From the NCBI GenBank assembly GCA_030704615.1, contig CM060731.1, positions 5,580,001-5,644,000 of the forward strand: a DNA stretch of 64,000 nucleotides. Direction: 5' to 3'. The stretch is from Takakia lepidozioides. Its lineage: Eukaryota > Plantae > Bryophyta. The notes under the pieces were generated by a model. It was not told the DNA's origin and made no database searches. It saw only the letters and a list, made by a program, of their open reading frames with translations. This document shows, in pieces, positions 62,568 through 64,000 of this stretch (the first letter of the stretch is position 1; every line of letters starts with the position of its first letter). The translations under genes and the position numbers were made by a program.

Positions 62568-63229
62568 TGGACCAAATTTACAGATTGTTACTTCATGAAA
62601 ACTTCCATATCTTATGTGCAAGAGCAAAGCTCAAAAAATAAAATAAAAATGTGGATGCATTGCCAAAGCAAGCGTAAATTATGGTGTCACTTGACCCTAA
62701 AGGGCTATTACCTTTTCAGTGCAAGGTGGACTTCTTTGCGCATCAACATGTGGTTTAAACGCACAACCACTAGTAAAGCCGTTTATGCCCTTACCACTGG
62801 TCTAAATGTTGGTTATCAACAAATCTCTCAATAAGGCATTGAACCTTTACTTCTCTCTATCATTGTCCTCTTTTGTTATCAAGGTGTTGGAGGCTCCATT
62901 TTTTGTTATCTCCCCTTCCTCCCTCCCCTTAATAAGCTATTTGAGCTTTCCTTGGACATTTTAAAGTTTTCTATGTCTTTCTCATTTTTTTTCACGTGTT
63001 GTTTCAGATTGGATGCAAAATTGTTGGTCACATGGCCACTTATACGACCAAACTTATAAACACGTTGTTTTTATTTTTTAATTTGGATGTGTGCATACAT
63101 ATATAAGCATGTGAACAACTTTACACATTATAGACAGTGCCATCTAATTTACGAGTAATAAAATATAACTAATAAAGTTGCATATAGATTTTTAAAAAAA
63201 TGTGTTTCCATTTATACCTACCCAAATAC

Positions 63230-64000
63230 AAATCATGTGCTGTTGGCCCAAGTGTCAAGTGTCATCTACCAAGTGCAATCTCCTATGTATGCAAGTGGGT
63301 CTCCTATGTCGAGGCCCAAGTGCGACCTCTAGGGTGGCCTTGGCCGTTGGCCCAAGTGTCCCAAGTGTCAACTAAGTGCAATCCCTTATGTATCCAAGTG
63401 AGTCTCCTATGTCGAGGCCCATCTAAGCCCAATGTGCAATCTCCTATGTATATCCAATCATTATTGATATATCCCGTCTCTAGAGTAGCATGTGCCATGG
63501 GCCCAAGTATCAAGGGAAAGGTCTCCGGTTCAAATCTGGTCATAGGCTATGTGGAAAAAAATGCATTTGGACGCGGTTTGGGAGATCTCAACGACGCTAC
63601 AAAACAAACAAAACAAAACAAAACAAACGTCTCGCTTCGTATATTAACTAGGGTAGCATGTGCCATTGGCCCAAGTGTCAAGTGTCATCTAAGCCCAAGT
63701 GCAATCTCCTATGTATGCAAGTGTGTCTCCTATATCGAGGCCCAGGTGCGACCTCTAGGGTAGCCTCTGCCGTTGGCCCAAGGGTCCAATGTCATTTAAG
63801 TCCAAGTGCAATCTTCCATGTATCCAAGTGCGTCTCCTATGCCGAGGCCCAAATCTGTCAAGGCTCCAAGGATTCCCACTTTGCAATTTTTCGGGAATTT
63901 CCAGCGACCAAAAGTACTTGAAATTCCAAATCTCCCACATGAAGGGCCAATCACTGCTCCAAGAAAGCCCACTTTGTTATTTTTCGCGAATTTCCAGCGA
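63230..64000 (-). mobile_element. Helitron-end tandem array in an IFT70 intron (same family as 44109-44962)
   Basis: Repeated CTAGGGTAGC.TGTGCC.TTGGCCCAAGTGTC units plus the GCGGTTTGGGAGATCTCAAC..AAAACAAAAC segment. Confidence 0.75.

Overview
Eukaryotic, intron-rich land-plant genomic DNA. The lineage is most likely a bryophyte or another plant with flagellated sperm, given IFT70 and a PLS-type PPR remnant. There are five host genes: EAF7/MRGBP (+), an At5g60700-like glycosyltransferase family 2 gene (-), INTS9 (+), a CRIB-domain RopGAP (-) and the 3' part of IFT70/TTC30 (-). The rest is a dense, nested transposon landscape. It includes a 5'-truncated Dualen/RandI-like LINE (RT, chromodomain, PCIF1-like methyltransferase, RNase H, CCHC/RLE) interrupted by a CACTA element, and a ~2.5 kb foldback containing a 69-bp copy of that LINE's 3' end. 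It also includes Helitron-end tandem arrays, a solo LTR and a 12.2 kb Ty3/Gypsy element. The Gypsy element holds a second CACTA element and a 6.5 kb TTATAA-bounded element that encodes a SWIM-finger protein and, divergently, a spliced beta-class N4C/N6A DNA methyltransferase-like protein. The most notable signal is two unrelated mobile elements that each carry an amino-methyltransferase-like domain. All domain calls are by-eye motif recognition with no database search, and exon coordinates are approximate to a few bp.
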